From an uncultured delta proteobacterium (lineage in GTDB: Bacteria > Myxococcota_A > Polyangia > Polyangiales > Polyangiaceae), in NCBI GenBank assembly GCA_963850305.1, contig CAWKKR010000001.1, positions 608,001-672,000 on the forward strand: a DNA stretch of 64,000 bases, given 5' to 3'. The notes beneath the pieces were generated by a model. The model saw only the letters and a list, made by a program, of their open reading frames with translations. It searched no databases and was not told the DNA's origin. Of the stretch, positions 30,551-39,851 are shown one piece after another; position 1 is the stretch's first letter; each line of letters starts with the position of its first letter. The position numbers and the translations under genes are program-made.

Positions 30551-32230
30551 ATGCGCACCGTTCGAGTCAAGCTGGTGATGCTCGTCCTGGCCTGCGTGGC
30601 TCCGGCGGTCGTCGCCGCGGTGCTCCGGTCCATCGAGGCGGAGCGCGACATGGTGCAGCAGGTCGAGCGCCGGATCGAACGGAGCAACCGGCGGTTCGAC
30701 ATCGAGTACGAGGAGGACGCTACGGCCTCCGATGTGGCGCTCTCTCTGATCGCGCAGCAACCGAGGTTCCAGCAAGCGCTTGCCACGCGCGATGGGGCGG
30801 CAGCGGCCCCCATCGTAAAGACCCTCGCGGATTTCTACCAGGACAGCATCGTCCTTGCGTCCGATGCTCGAGGCGTCCTTCTCACGAAGATCAACGCCGC
30901 CCGCGGACCCGCCTCGCTCGGCAGTGAGTCGAGCCCCGCGTTCGCGAGTCTGCTCGCCGGCCACTCGCTCGGCGGCATGATCCGCGTGAACTATGCGGAC
31001 GGCTTGGGTTACGCGCTGGTGAGCGGCGACCCGGTGCGTGCGGCCGGGGTCCAGGTCGGCGCGGTCGCGATTCTCACGCCGGTCACGGCCGCCTACCTGG
31101 AACGCCTCGAGCCCAAGCTCAACGCCGACCTGTCGATTCGCGTCAACGAAAAGGTCGTGGCCGCCTGCGCAGACCACCCCGCGCCCGATCTCGAATCGCA
31201 TACCCAGACCCTCAAGGCGGTCCGCGGCAAGCTGTTCGCTCTGAAGACGTTCCGGCCCGAGAAGTTACAGCGACCTGGAATGGAGGTGGAGGTCACGGCG
31301 TCGCGCGACGTGACGGAACTCCGCGACGAGGCGCACGCGGATCTCCTTTACGACCTCGGAGGGCTCGGGATCGTGCTCGCGATCGTGCTCGCTGCGGCGC
31401 TTCGGTTTGCGTCGCGGATGGGCGGCGCGGTGCGCTCCATCTCCGATGCAGCCGATCAGGTGAGGAAGGGCAAGTACGTGAACGCCCCCGTGATCCACAC
31501 GGGCGACGAAATCGGGCGGCTCGCGACGGAATTCAACGCGATGGTGCAAGGCTTGAAGGAACGCGACCAGCTCCGGGACACCTTCGGGCGCTACGTGACC
31601 CGGCAAGTCGCCGAGCACCTGATGAAAGGCAACCAGACGCTGGGCGGGGAGCTCGTGCCGGTCACGGTGCTCTTCTCGGACATCCGCTCGTTCACGAGCA
31701 TCAGCGAGACGATGGAGCCACGCGCGCTCCTGGATTTCTTGAACGAGTACTTCACCGGCATGGTCGAGAGCGTGATGCAGCACCACGGAGTCGTCGACAA
31801 GTTCATCGGGGACGCGATCATGGCCGTCTTCGGTGCTCCGGTGCCCGACCCCGGAGATCCACTTCACGCCGTGAACGCAGCGCTCGAGATGCGGACCCGA
31901 CTCGGGAAGATCAACGAGAGCTTCAAGGCGCGCGGGCTGCCGGAAATCCGCGCGGGCATCGGGCTACATTCGGGACAGGTGGTGGCGGGTAACATGGGTC
32001 ACGCGGAGCGGATGGAATACACGGTGATCGGCGACGCCGTGAACCTCGCTTCGCGGCTCGAGGGCATGACCAAGGAGCTCAAATGCGACATCATCCTCTC
32101 CGAAGACCTGTTCAAGCAGGTCGAGGCGGAGGTGAACGCCGAGCCACTGCACGTGATCAAGGTCAAGGGGCGCGACCAGGAGGTGATGGTGTATCGGCTG
32201 CTCGGGCTCAAGATTCGTTCGAGCTACTAG
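30551..32230 (+). CDS. Membrane-bound class III adenylate/guanylate cyclase with periplasmic sensor and HAMP domain
   Basis: Two TM helices, HAMP (DEIGRLATEFNAM), VLFSDIRSFT, DKFIGDAIMAVFG, YTVIGDAVNLASRLE, VKGR. Confidence 0.93.
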   Translation: MRTVRVKLVMLVLACVAPAVVAAVLRSIEAERDMVQQVERRIERSNRRFDIEYEEDATASDVALSLIAQQPRFQQALATRDGAAAAPIVKTLADFYQDSIVLASDARGVLLTKINAARGPASLGSESSPAFASLLAGHSLGGMIRVNYADGLGYALVSGDPVRAAGVQVGAVAILTPVTAAYLERLEPKLNADLSIRVNEKVVAACADHPAPDLESHTQTLKAVRGKLFALKTFRPEKLQRPGMEVEVTASRDVTELRDEAHADLLYDLGGLGIVLAIVLAAALRFASRMGGAVRSISDAADQVRKGKYVNAPVIHTGDEIGRLATEFNAMVQGLKERDQLRDTFGRYVTRQVAEHLMKGNQTLGGELVPVTVLFSDIRSFTSISETMEPRALLDFLNEYFTGMVESVMQHHGVVDKFIGDAIMAVFGAPVPDPGDPLHAVNAALEMRTRLGKINESFKARGLPEIRAGIGLHSGQVVAGNMGHAERMEYTVIGDAVNLASRLEGMTKELKCDIILSEDLFKQVEAEVNAEPLHVIKVKGRDQEVMVYRLLGLKIRSSY

Positions 32231-32324
32231 GAAAGGGGGGCGTTGCCCGCCCCCCGGGGCTTGCGGCGGTGGCGAGGTCACGGGACGTGGGTCTCGATGG
32301 AGCGACGCGCGGCCCAGCGAACCT

Positions 32325-33035
32325 TCAATGCTCAGTCAGCGCGGCGCGGATCTTCTCGACGACAGCGGTTTTCCGGCCGTCGGTCAGACGTGAACCGTCA
32401 AGCTCGCGGAGGCGGAACTCGTCGCAGGCGGTGCCGGCGAACGTCGCGATGTTCGAGTGCGCGATGCTGAACCGCTCGCGGAAGATCGCGAGCGTGATTG
32501 CGAGGAGGATGCCTGGGCGGTCCGGCGTCTCGACGAGAAGTAGCTCGGGGTCGTCGTCGCGGAAATATACTGCCGTCCGAGCCGGACGCGAGGTGTTCGG
32601 GGGGTGCCGTTCGATGCGAGGGATCGGCACCTCGCCGCGTAGAAGCCCGGCCATCGAACCCCGGATCGCGACGAGTTCGTTCGCGTCGATCGGAGCGTTG
32701 TGGGGCGTGCGCAGGCGCCGCACGAGAAAGAGATCGACGGCTTCTTCGGACCTGCCCGCACGGCGACGACCGTAGATGCGGGCAGCGAGCACATCCAGCG
32801 ATTGGGCGGCGAGCGCGGCGGATAGCAAGGACAGGAGTCCGGGCTTGTCGTCGGTAACGACGCAAAGCCACGTCCCGTTCCCCCCTTCGGCGGGGCCCGG
32901 ACATGACTCGACGTGCACCAGCGCTCCACCGCGACGCCCGACGATCGCGGAGTGTGCTTCGATCTCGGAAGCCGCGTGCCGCCGTCGGTACGTGTCCGGC
33001 ATGGCGTCCGCGAACGCTCTCACGGTATCGGGCAT
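32325..33035 (-). CDS. Stand-alone tandem ACT-domain protein resembling the GlnD C-terminus
   Basis: FADAMPDTY, VVTDDKPGLLSLLSAALAAQSLDVLAARIY...AVDLF, and VETPDRPGILLAITLAIFRERFSIAHSNIATFAGTACDEF. No nucleotidyltransferase or HD domain. Confidence 0.82.
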   Translation of the reverse strand: MPDTVRAFADAMPDTYRRRHAASEIEAHSAIVGRRGGALVHVESCPGPAEGGNGTWLCVVTDDKPGLLSLLSAALAAQSLDVLAARIYGRRRAGRSEEAVDLFLVRRLRTPHNAPIDANELVAIRGSMAGLLRGEVPIPRIERHPPNTSRPARTAVYFRDDDPELLLVETPDRPGILLAITLAIFRERFSIAHSNIATFAGTACDEFRLRELDGSRLTDGRKTAVVEKIRAALTEH

Positions 33036-33198
33036 CGTCGGACGGCGCGAGGCTGGGCCGTTCACGGATTCACCGAGCCATCGGAGGCGCCCATAGCCCT
33101 CCGACTCTGCCAGAGCCCTTGATTCCGGCCTGTTTCTCGCTCATTGCCGCACGGCGCCGTGCGAGCACCCGGATCTCCGCGGGTCGTATGGGCCCAGA

Positions 33199-33441
33199 AT
33201 GCGAACGGCGTCGCCCCCGCAGAAGGCCGTGCTCGTGAAGCTGCTGGAGCCCTCCGACGTTTCACCATATTCCCGCCGTGTCGCTCCATCCCTCGTCGTT
33301 CGCCCCGCCAGAGCTGCAGCCCCGCGCCGGCTCCAGCCGCAGCGCGGTTTCGTCTACGCGAAGGTGGAATGGGCCGGCAAGCCCGATCGCCCTGCGATTC
33401 ATGTCTATGTTCGGCCGCGCCGGGGCGCGCGCGGCACTTGA
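33199..33441 (+). CDS. Possible small hypothetical protein
   Basis: 80-aa ORF filling an otherwise empty gap. No recognisable motif. Confidence 0.3.
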   Translation: MRTASPPQKAVLVKLLEPSDVSPYSRRVAPSLVVRPARAAAPRRLQPQRGFVYAKVEWAGKPDRPAIHVYVRPRRGARGT

Positions 33442-33711
33442 ACCCAGGCTCGTTCGCGGTTCGAGCGTTATGTCGCCGCCCGGCTGGACCCTTTGCCTTC
33501 CTTGGCCTCGATTGAGGAACTGCGCCCAAACAATTGACCATGGACGCCGACGAGCACCCAAAGCACTTCTGTTCGTGTCTTGGAAGAAGCATCGGGTCGT
33601 GTCTCGTCGAATCGCACGGCGCTCGGGGCGTTCATCGTGAGTGACGCGACGGGAGGCGACACTGCGTAGCGGGGCGGTGAGGAAGCTCCCGAAGTAAGGA
33701 GTCGAGGCCGC

Positions 33712-34014
33712 TTGCTTTCTTGGTCGAAGCGTTCCGTCCGTTGGCTCGTGCTTGCCGCAGTCGTGATCGCGGCCGCGAGTATCCCCGTCGTCCGTCACGT
33801 GCGCGATCGTCGATGCTTGGATCTGTTGGTACGATCGTGTGACGAACCGGGCATGCGAATCCCGGATTGGTGCCCTCGGATGGACGTCCTTTGCACGGTG
33901 GAACCGCCCAGGAGGCCGTCGCCATCGCCGAACACGATGCGGAAGCCGTCTGCGGTTCATGACAAGACGACGTGTGCCTGCACTCCAGGCGACCCGCTAT
34001 GCTCGTGCCTGTGA
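33712..34014 (+). CDS. Small membrane-anchored Cys-rich protein
   Basis: RBS TAAGGAG upstream, N-terminal TM, C-terminal CACTPGDPLCSCL. Confidence 0.55.
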   Translation: MLSWSKRSVRWLVLAAVVIAAASIPVVRHVRDRRCLDLLVRSCDEPGMRIPDWCPRMDVLCTVEPPRRPSPSPNTMRKPSAVHDKTTCACTPGDPLCSCL

Positions 34015-34399
34015 ACCTCCGGGGCTCCACGATGGCGCGCGAGGCATTGCGAAACGCGAGAAGATGATGAAGGGAATGTCGGCCCGCGGGGGCACTCTGC
34101 TGGTCGCCATCGGCGTCAGCGCTTGCACCAGACGCGCGCCATCTATCGCGTTCGTCTCTCGCTCCCGGACTGCGCTTCCGTCGCCTCCGGCTCCGTCAGC
34201 CGGAACCCGGATTGCGTCCGGACAGCGTCTTCGCTCTCGGAGGCTTTGTCTCTGCGCGATCGGTCCGCGTCGTTGCGCTTCCCGGTCTGTGTCCTCGAGG
34301 CACCCGGTTTACGTCCCCCCAGGACCGAATCTGTGATTGAACAGAGCCGGACCTGTAACCAAGGGTCCCGGTGGTCACCCAGGCACCCGGTCGCTCACA

Positions 34400-34840
34400 C
34401 GTCTCGAGCGTCGAGAGGCATGTCTCGAGCGTCGAGAGGCATGTCTCGAGCCTCGAGAGGCATGTCTCGAGCCTCGAGAAGCGCGTCTCGAGCGTCGAGA
34501 GGCACATCTCGAGCGTCGAGAGGCACGTCTCGAGCCTCGAGAAGCACGTCTCGAGCCCCGAGAAGCACGTCTCGAGCCTCGAGAAGCACGTCTCGAGCCT
34601 CGAGAAGCACGTCTCGAGCGTCGTGAGGCACGTCTCGAGCCTCGAGAAGCACGTCTCGAGCGTCGTGGACACGTCCGTCGGCGTCGAGAAGCACGTCTCG
34701 AGCCCCGAGAGGCACGTCTCGAGCGTCGAGAAGCACGTCTCGAGCCTCGAGAAGCACGTCTCGAGCGTCGTGAAGCACGTCTCGAGCGTCGTGAAGCACG
34801 CCTCGAACGTCGAGAAGCACGTCTCGAGCCCCGAGAGGCA
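34400..34840. repeat. Minisatellite: 21 tandem copies of a 21-bp self-complementary unit
   Basis: Consensus cgtctcgagc(c/g)tcgaga(a/g)gca. 441 bp = 21 x 21, with one degenerate pair near 34655-34690. Confidence 0.95.
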
Positions 34841-34870
34841 CGACGACGCGCTAAAGTCGGGGCCCTGAGA

Positions 34871-35629
34871 ATGAACGCACGTCGCAGCGGGGGGCTTACG
34901 TTAGGGCTTCTGATCTTGTGCCGATCCGCGTCTGCCGGCCCTCCGTTCATCACGGACGATCCGGAACCCATCGAGTATCGCCACTGGGAATTGTACGCGG
35001 CGTCGATGACGTTCCACGACTCGAGCGGATGGACCGGGACCGCGCCGCACTTCGAGGCGAACTACGGGGTGGTCCCGAACGTCCAGCTCCACGTCATCGC
35101 GCCCCTCGCCTTCAACGTCCCCGCGGGCGAAAGCGCGCAGTACGGCTACGGGGACATGGAACTTGGCACCAAGATCAGATTCGTCCAGGAGGGTGAACGG
35201 ATGCCGCAGATCGGCACGTACCCCATGCTCGAAGCGCCGACGGGTTCCAAACGCCTCGGTCTCGGCAACGGAACCGCACAGCTCTTCGTCCCCCTCTGGC
35301 TCCAGAAAAGCTTCGGTCCGTGGACAACTTACGGCGGCCCAGGTTTCTGGATCGATCTGGGGCGCCCGGAGCGGCACTGGTGGTACTTCGGCTGGGAGGT
35401 CCAGCGGACGATCATCGACGGGCTCTCCCTCGGCGCCGAGGTGTTCGATTTCACGCCTCAAGAGAAGGGCGCCGAGAATGACCTGCGGTTCAATGTCGGT
35501 GCGATCATCGACATCAACGACACGCATCACCTCCTGATCTCCGCGGGACGGGGGATCGTCGGGCCCAACTTGTTTCAAAGCTACTTCGCCTATCTCGTCA
35601 CGCTCGGGCCATCGGGGTCGAAGCCGTAG
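34871..35629 (+). CDS. Putative outer-membrane beta-barrel 'transporter' (GPPFxTDD family)
   Basis: Signal peptide then GPPFITDDPEP, GYGDMELGTKIRF, PTGSKRLGLGNG, amphipathic strands. Confidence 0.75.
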   Translation: MNARRSGGLTLGLLILCRSASAGPPFITDDPEPIEYRHWELYAASMTFHDSSGWTGTAPHFEANYGVVPNVQLHVIAPLAFNVPAGESAQYGYGDMELGTKIRFVQEGERMPQIGTYPMLEAPTGSKRLGLGNGTAQLFVPLWLQKSFGPWTTYGGPGFWIDLGRPERHWWYFGWEVQRTIIDGLSLGAEVFDFTPQEKGAENDLRFNVGAIIDINDTHHLLISAGRGIVGPNLFQSYFAYLVTLGPSGSKP

Positions 35630-35798
35630 GATGGTGCCCAAGGCCCCCCTCGGAGGCGATCGCGGGGATTGAAACGCAAGGCGATCGATTCACTTCGTTG
35701 ACGGAGTTGTTTCTCAAAAGTCGCCCAGCACCCCATGAGGGATCGGTAGCGTCGCCACCTACACCGCAGCCCGCGGTGAGAAAAGGTAGGCGAGCAAG

Positions 35799-38248
35799 AT
35801 GTCGATGAAGCGTTCGCGCGGCTATCGCGCGATGATGATGACGGGACTTCTGGGTGTGGCGGGTGCAATCGGCTGCAGCTCCGGGGACAGCGGCGCCGGG
35901 CCGGCGGTCACGGGAAACCTCGGAACCGTGGGGGTGGATCTGCGAGATCGCGCCGGGAATCGCCCTCGGCACGGTGTCGTATTCGATCGCGGGCAACGGC
36001 TATCAAAAGTCGGGTAGCATCAATGTCCAGAACAGCTCGGTCGTCGACGCGATCATCGGGGGCATCCCGGTCGGCACGGGTTTCACCCTTACCCTGAGCG
36101 CGACGGATTCGAGCGCCGCCGGCCTCACCTGCAGCGGCTCGGCAGAGTTCAACGTCGTGGCCGGGAGCACCACGTCCGTGCGGATCAGCTTGACCTGCTC
36201 CGCTCCGAAGAAGACTGGGAGCATCGCCGTCAACGGCACCGTCAACGTGTGCCCCTCGGTGGACGGCCTCTCGGTAAGCCCCTCCGAGACGACGGTGGGG
36301 CAAAGCGTCTCTCTCATCGCGACGGCCAGCGACCTCAATCAGGGGCCGTCCCCGCTTTCGTACGCGTGGAGCAGCACTGGCGGGTCGCTCACGAACGCAA
36401 CATCGGCGTCTCCGACGTTCACTTGCACCACCGTCGGAGTCGCAACGGTCCAGGTCACGGTCTCCGACGGTGTCTGCAGCGACTCGGCGAGCGCCACCAT
36501 CTCGTGCGATGCCGAAACCGACGCTGGAGTGGGAGCGGGAGGCGCGCCTGGGACGGGGGGCGCGTCGTCGGCGGGAGGTGCGTCGAGCGGCGGCGCTCCC
36601 GCGGCACTGAGCTTCAGCCTGGACAGCGGAGCGACGGTCGACGCCGTGAAGATCAACCAAGGGACGGCCATCGGCGAGGGCTCGCTCAACGGCGCGACGC
36701 CGTCGACGCTGACCAACCTGGCCGCCGACCCGAACAACACGCAGACCATCACGAGCGCGACGAACCCGTTCAGCTCCGAAGGGCACCGTGCCCGACACCG
36801 GCGCCGGCTTCTGCGACTACTCGGGCGCGCACGCCCAAGCGCATCACGTACGTCACCGGCGCGAAGTTCGAGACGACCGCCCGGCACCGGGCACCGACCC
36901 GATGGTGCCGATGGCGCCGTTCTACTTCCCGCTCGTCTACAACACCGACGAACACGACCGACGGGCAACGCGTTCGGCGGCAAGCCGCCCATCATCGGCC
37001 TCTTCGACTGGCGCCCGAAGGACATCGACGAGGCGCTCGTCGCCGCCGAGTCCGACGACAACGGCAAGACCTGGTACTTCATGCAGACGGTCCTCGAGCT
37101 GAACCCGGACTACACGAACCCGATCAGCGGCGGCTACTCGGCGACGGCGACCGCGACCGGCTGCCCGCCGACGGTCGACGGCACGAACGCCAGCCACACC
37201 TCGGCCAACGGCTCCAGCGCCGACGACGGCTGGGGCCACGCGGCCATCCTCCAGCTCCCCGGCGCCGGGAACGTCAAGACCGGGCAGTTCCTCTACATGC
37301 TCGACCGCAACCCCGCGCAACGTCGATGTCGCGCCGCTCTGCGTCATCAACCTCGCCGGTTCGTCGAACAAGTTTCCCGATCTGGAACACGAACAACACG
37401 AGCCCGGGCAACAACGACATCAAGTCGATCAGCACCGCGCTGAACAACACGCCCGGCACCGCGGACGCCGGTCACCGTGCAGCAGACCGTGGGGCTCCTG
37501 AACCCCGACGGCATCATGGCCGTCTTCCCGACGGCGCCGACCGCCGCTGCCGGGCTCGCCGGTGACGTGCTCTACGTGCAGAAGATCCTCGACGGCGACA
37601 ACACCGGCGCGACCGCGCTGCCCGCGGCCGCAGCAGTGCACCAAGGCGCCCTTCAGCGGCAAGACCAACCACGACATCTCGAACGTGCGCCTCGCGACCA
37701 CGACCGACGGCGTGCACTTCACCGATCTGCGGCATCGTGAGCGGCCTGAACGACCCGACGACGGTCGACTACACCAAGACGCGCTGGATCAGCCCGCGCG
37801 GCACGCTCCTCGACATCAACGGCGACGGCAGCCTGTGGGGCATGCTACTTCTCCGGCGGCAACTGCCTCGACGGCGACTCGGACGCGTTCCACTACATCG
37901 GGTACGCCGAGTCGACCGACAAGCTGCACTGGACCGTCTACAACGACATCAACAACCCCATCGCGTCGATCAACACCATCACGACGACGAACCAGGCGGG
38001 CGGCGCGACGGTCACGGTCCTTCCGCGCATGCGCCGGTCTTCCCGACGCAGCCGTGGTTCGCGCGAGCGCCTCTACGCGCCGACCGCGACGCAGATCGAC
38101 TCGACTCACCTCAGCATGACGTTCGCCGGCTACGGCGTGCAGACGCCCGCCAACGATCTGCTCGACTACCGACAGATCGGCAACGTCGTGCTCACGGTGA
38201 GCAAGGCGCTCGCCGGCCGGCGTGCCGAACAACATCAACACGCACTGA
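35799..38248 (+). CDS. Large secreted lipoprotein: Ig/PKD-like domains + Asp-box beta-propeller (sialidase/GH-like); many apparent frameshifts
   Basis: Lipobox AIGC, PKD-like PLSYAWSSTGG...ATVQVTVSDG, Asp-box-like SDDNGKTW, TTTDGVHFT and ESTDKLHWT, ending VPNNINTH-TGA. Coding signal jumps frames about 10 times. Confidence 0.65.
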
Positions 38249-38313
38249 CGAGACAGCGGGATCGCCTCGTCTACCCGTAAGCTCGTTCCAGTGCGGTTTG
38301 CACTGACGCGGGC

Positions 38314-39165
38314 TTACGGGAGCGGTCCCTCCATGCGCATCAACGCTTCCAGCTCCTGCTCGGGCAGAACGAAGCCGAGCGCGCGCAGCGACGGCACGAT
38401 GGACTCGGTCACGGCATCGCGGGCGAGCGTGACGTAGCGCGAAGGTTCCATCCAGCCGAGCTCGCGGACCTGCGACGCGGTCCATTTCGGCGGGTCGACG
38501 GCGATCCGCGCGGCACGTTTCCAGAGCAAGGCGTAGGGGCCGAGTGCGGACACCGCGACGGCGCCCAGACGGCGCTTCTCGGCGTCGTCGAGACGATCGC
38601 CGGCCCACTCGAAGTAGAGACTGCCGAACCGGCGATGCCGCGCTTCGTCCCGGAGGATACTCTGATAGACGCCGTGGACGAGGGGGTGGGTCGTTTCACG
38701 CATCATGGGTACCGCGGTCTCGCTCGCGAAACGCTCCGCGATGCACCCGACCCGAACGGCGAGCTCGTTCGCGCGCTGAAACGGCGTGAGCCCGGAGGCG
38801 GTCACCGGAGCGAGCTGCGCCGCGTCGATCTTCCTGGGAGCCGCGCCGCCGAGCTGCATGAGCAACCGGGCGGCGAGCTCCACGTGATGCACTTCGTCCG
38901 CGAGAAAGTCCGAGGTCATGCCGATGAGATCGAGCGGTGCCCGCGCCGCGACGAGCGCGCCCACCACCTCCGAGAAAGCGGAGATGGCGGCGTATTCACT
39001 GACCGCAACGCCCGTCCACACTTCGCGCGCGCCGACGAGCAGCGACTCGGAGTACTGGCGCGCATCGAGGCTCTCCCAGACGAAGTCGCCTTCGGGGCGA
39101 GCTTTGCGAAAGTGATGCTCGGCAACGCCGCCGGACCATTCGATCGTGAAGAGCGCCTCACCCAT
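38314..39165 (-). CDS. Ferritin-like (four-helix diiron) domain protein, cytoplasmic
   Basis: Diiron ligand pattern SEYAA...DEVHH...IAE...DEARH. No signal peptide. Start overlaps the upstream gene's stop by 8 bp. Confidence 0.82.
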   Translation of the reverse strand: MGEALFTIEWSGGVAEHHFRKARPEGDFVWESLDARQYSESLLVGAREVWTGVAVSEYAAISAFSEVVGALVAARAPLDLIGMTSDFLADEVHHVELAARLLMQLGGAAPRKIDAAQLAPVTASGLTPFQRANELAVRVGCIAERFASETAVPMMRETTHPLVHGVYQSILRDEARHRRFGSLYFEWAGDRLDDAEKRRLGAVAVSALGPYALLWKRAARIAVDPPKWTASQVRELGWMEPSRYVTLARDAVTESIVPSLRALGFVLPEQELEALMRMEGPLP

Positions 39166-39652
39166 TTCCGGTGCCGCCGCTCCCCGGAGGACGAATGATG
39201 ACGCCGAGGACGAAGCCGCCAGCGCCAGGCGCGCCGCCGGCGCCCGGGTCGGGAACGAGGCCGCACACGTGACCGCCGCAAGCGCCGAGATGGGGTCCGC
39301 CGTCCGGCGGCGCGCCCGCGTCCGCTGCCCCGCCGTCCGTCGGCGGCGGCGCGATGACCGAGCCGCACACCTGGCCGCCGCAAGGATCAGTGACGGAGCC
39401 GCCTGTCCCAGGAGGCACCGCGATCGAGCCGGAGATCGCGCCTCCTGTACCCGGTGGATAGGCGACGACGCCCGGGCAACAAGGACCTTCGGTACTGCCT
39501 CCGCTTCCTGCGGGAACCGCTACCGATCCTGGAGGCACCTGCGTCGATGGCTCCGAGGAACTTCCCGAACCGGAAATTCCCCCGCACGCGGGTAAGACCA
39601 CCGCGGTGGACGCGATCGAGAGCAACAAGAAGGACGTTCTTCGTTTTGCCAT
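39158..39652 (-). CDS. Gly/Pro-rich lipoprotein with six repeated G-x-[VI]-x-x-P cores (candidate modified-peptide precursor)
   Basis: Lipobox LPAC. Repeats GSVAVP, GVVAYP, GSIAVP, GSVIAP, GLVPDP and GVIIRP separated by GxGG spacers. Two CGGxVC motifs. Confidence 0.75.
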   Translation of the reverse strand: MAKRRTSFLLLSIASTAVVLPACGGISGSGSSSEPSTQVPPGSVAVPAGSGGSTEGPCCPGVVAYPPGTGGAISGSIAVPPGTGGSVTDPCGGQVCGSVIAPPPTDGGAADAGAPPDGGPHLGACGGHVCGLVPDPGAGGAPGAGGFVLGVIIRPPGSGGTGNG

Positions 39653-39736
39653 CTTCTGCCTTCCCGCTCCGGGTAAAACCCCAGGAGCGCAAGTCTCGCG
39701 CGACGCGTGTCGACGCGGTCACCTCTCGCCATGCAG

Positions 39737-39752
39737 TGCGATTAGCGTGCCA
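39737..39752 (-). promoter_or_regulatory. Sigma54 (-24/-12) promoter for the lipopeptide/ferritin-like operon
   Basis: Minus strand TGGCACGCTAATCGCA matches TGGCAC-N5-TTGCA with one mismatch and exact GG-N10-GC spacing, 85 bp upstream of ATG 39652. Confidence 0.65.
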
Positions 39753-39851
39753 CGTGCACCCGCGAAGTACACGCGACATCGCACGACCCCGAACCTGGCA
39801 CGGTGTGCCAGAGCACGACATTCGGATCCGCCTCGTGGTTTCATTGCCTCG

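Noticed and set aside
34064..34400. Possible small lipoprotein (MMKGMSARGGTLLVAIGVSAC...)
   Set aside because: A lipobox-like start is present, but the downstream frame is ambiguous and has no motif, so it cannot be supported.
34400..34840. CRISPR array
   Set aside because: The units are contiguous 21-mers with no unique spacers, and there are no cas genes in the window.
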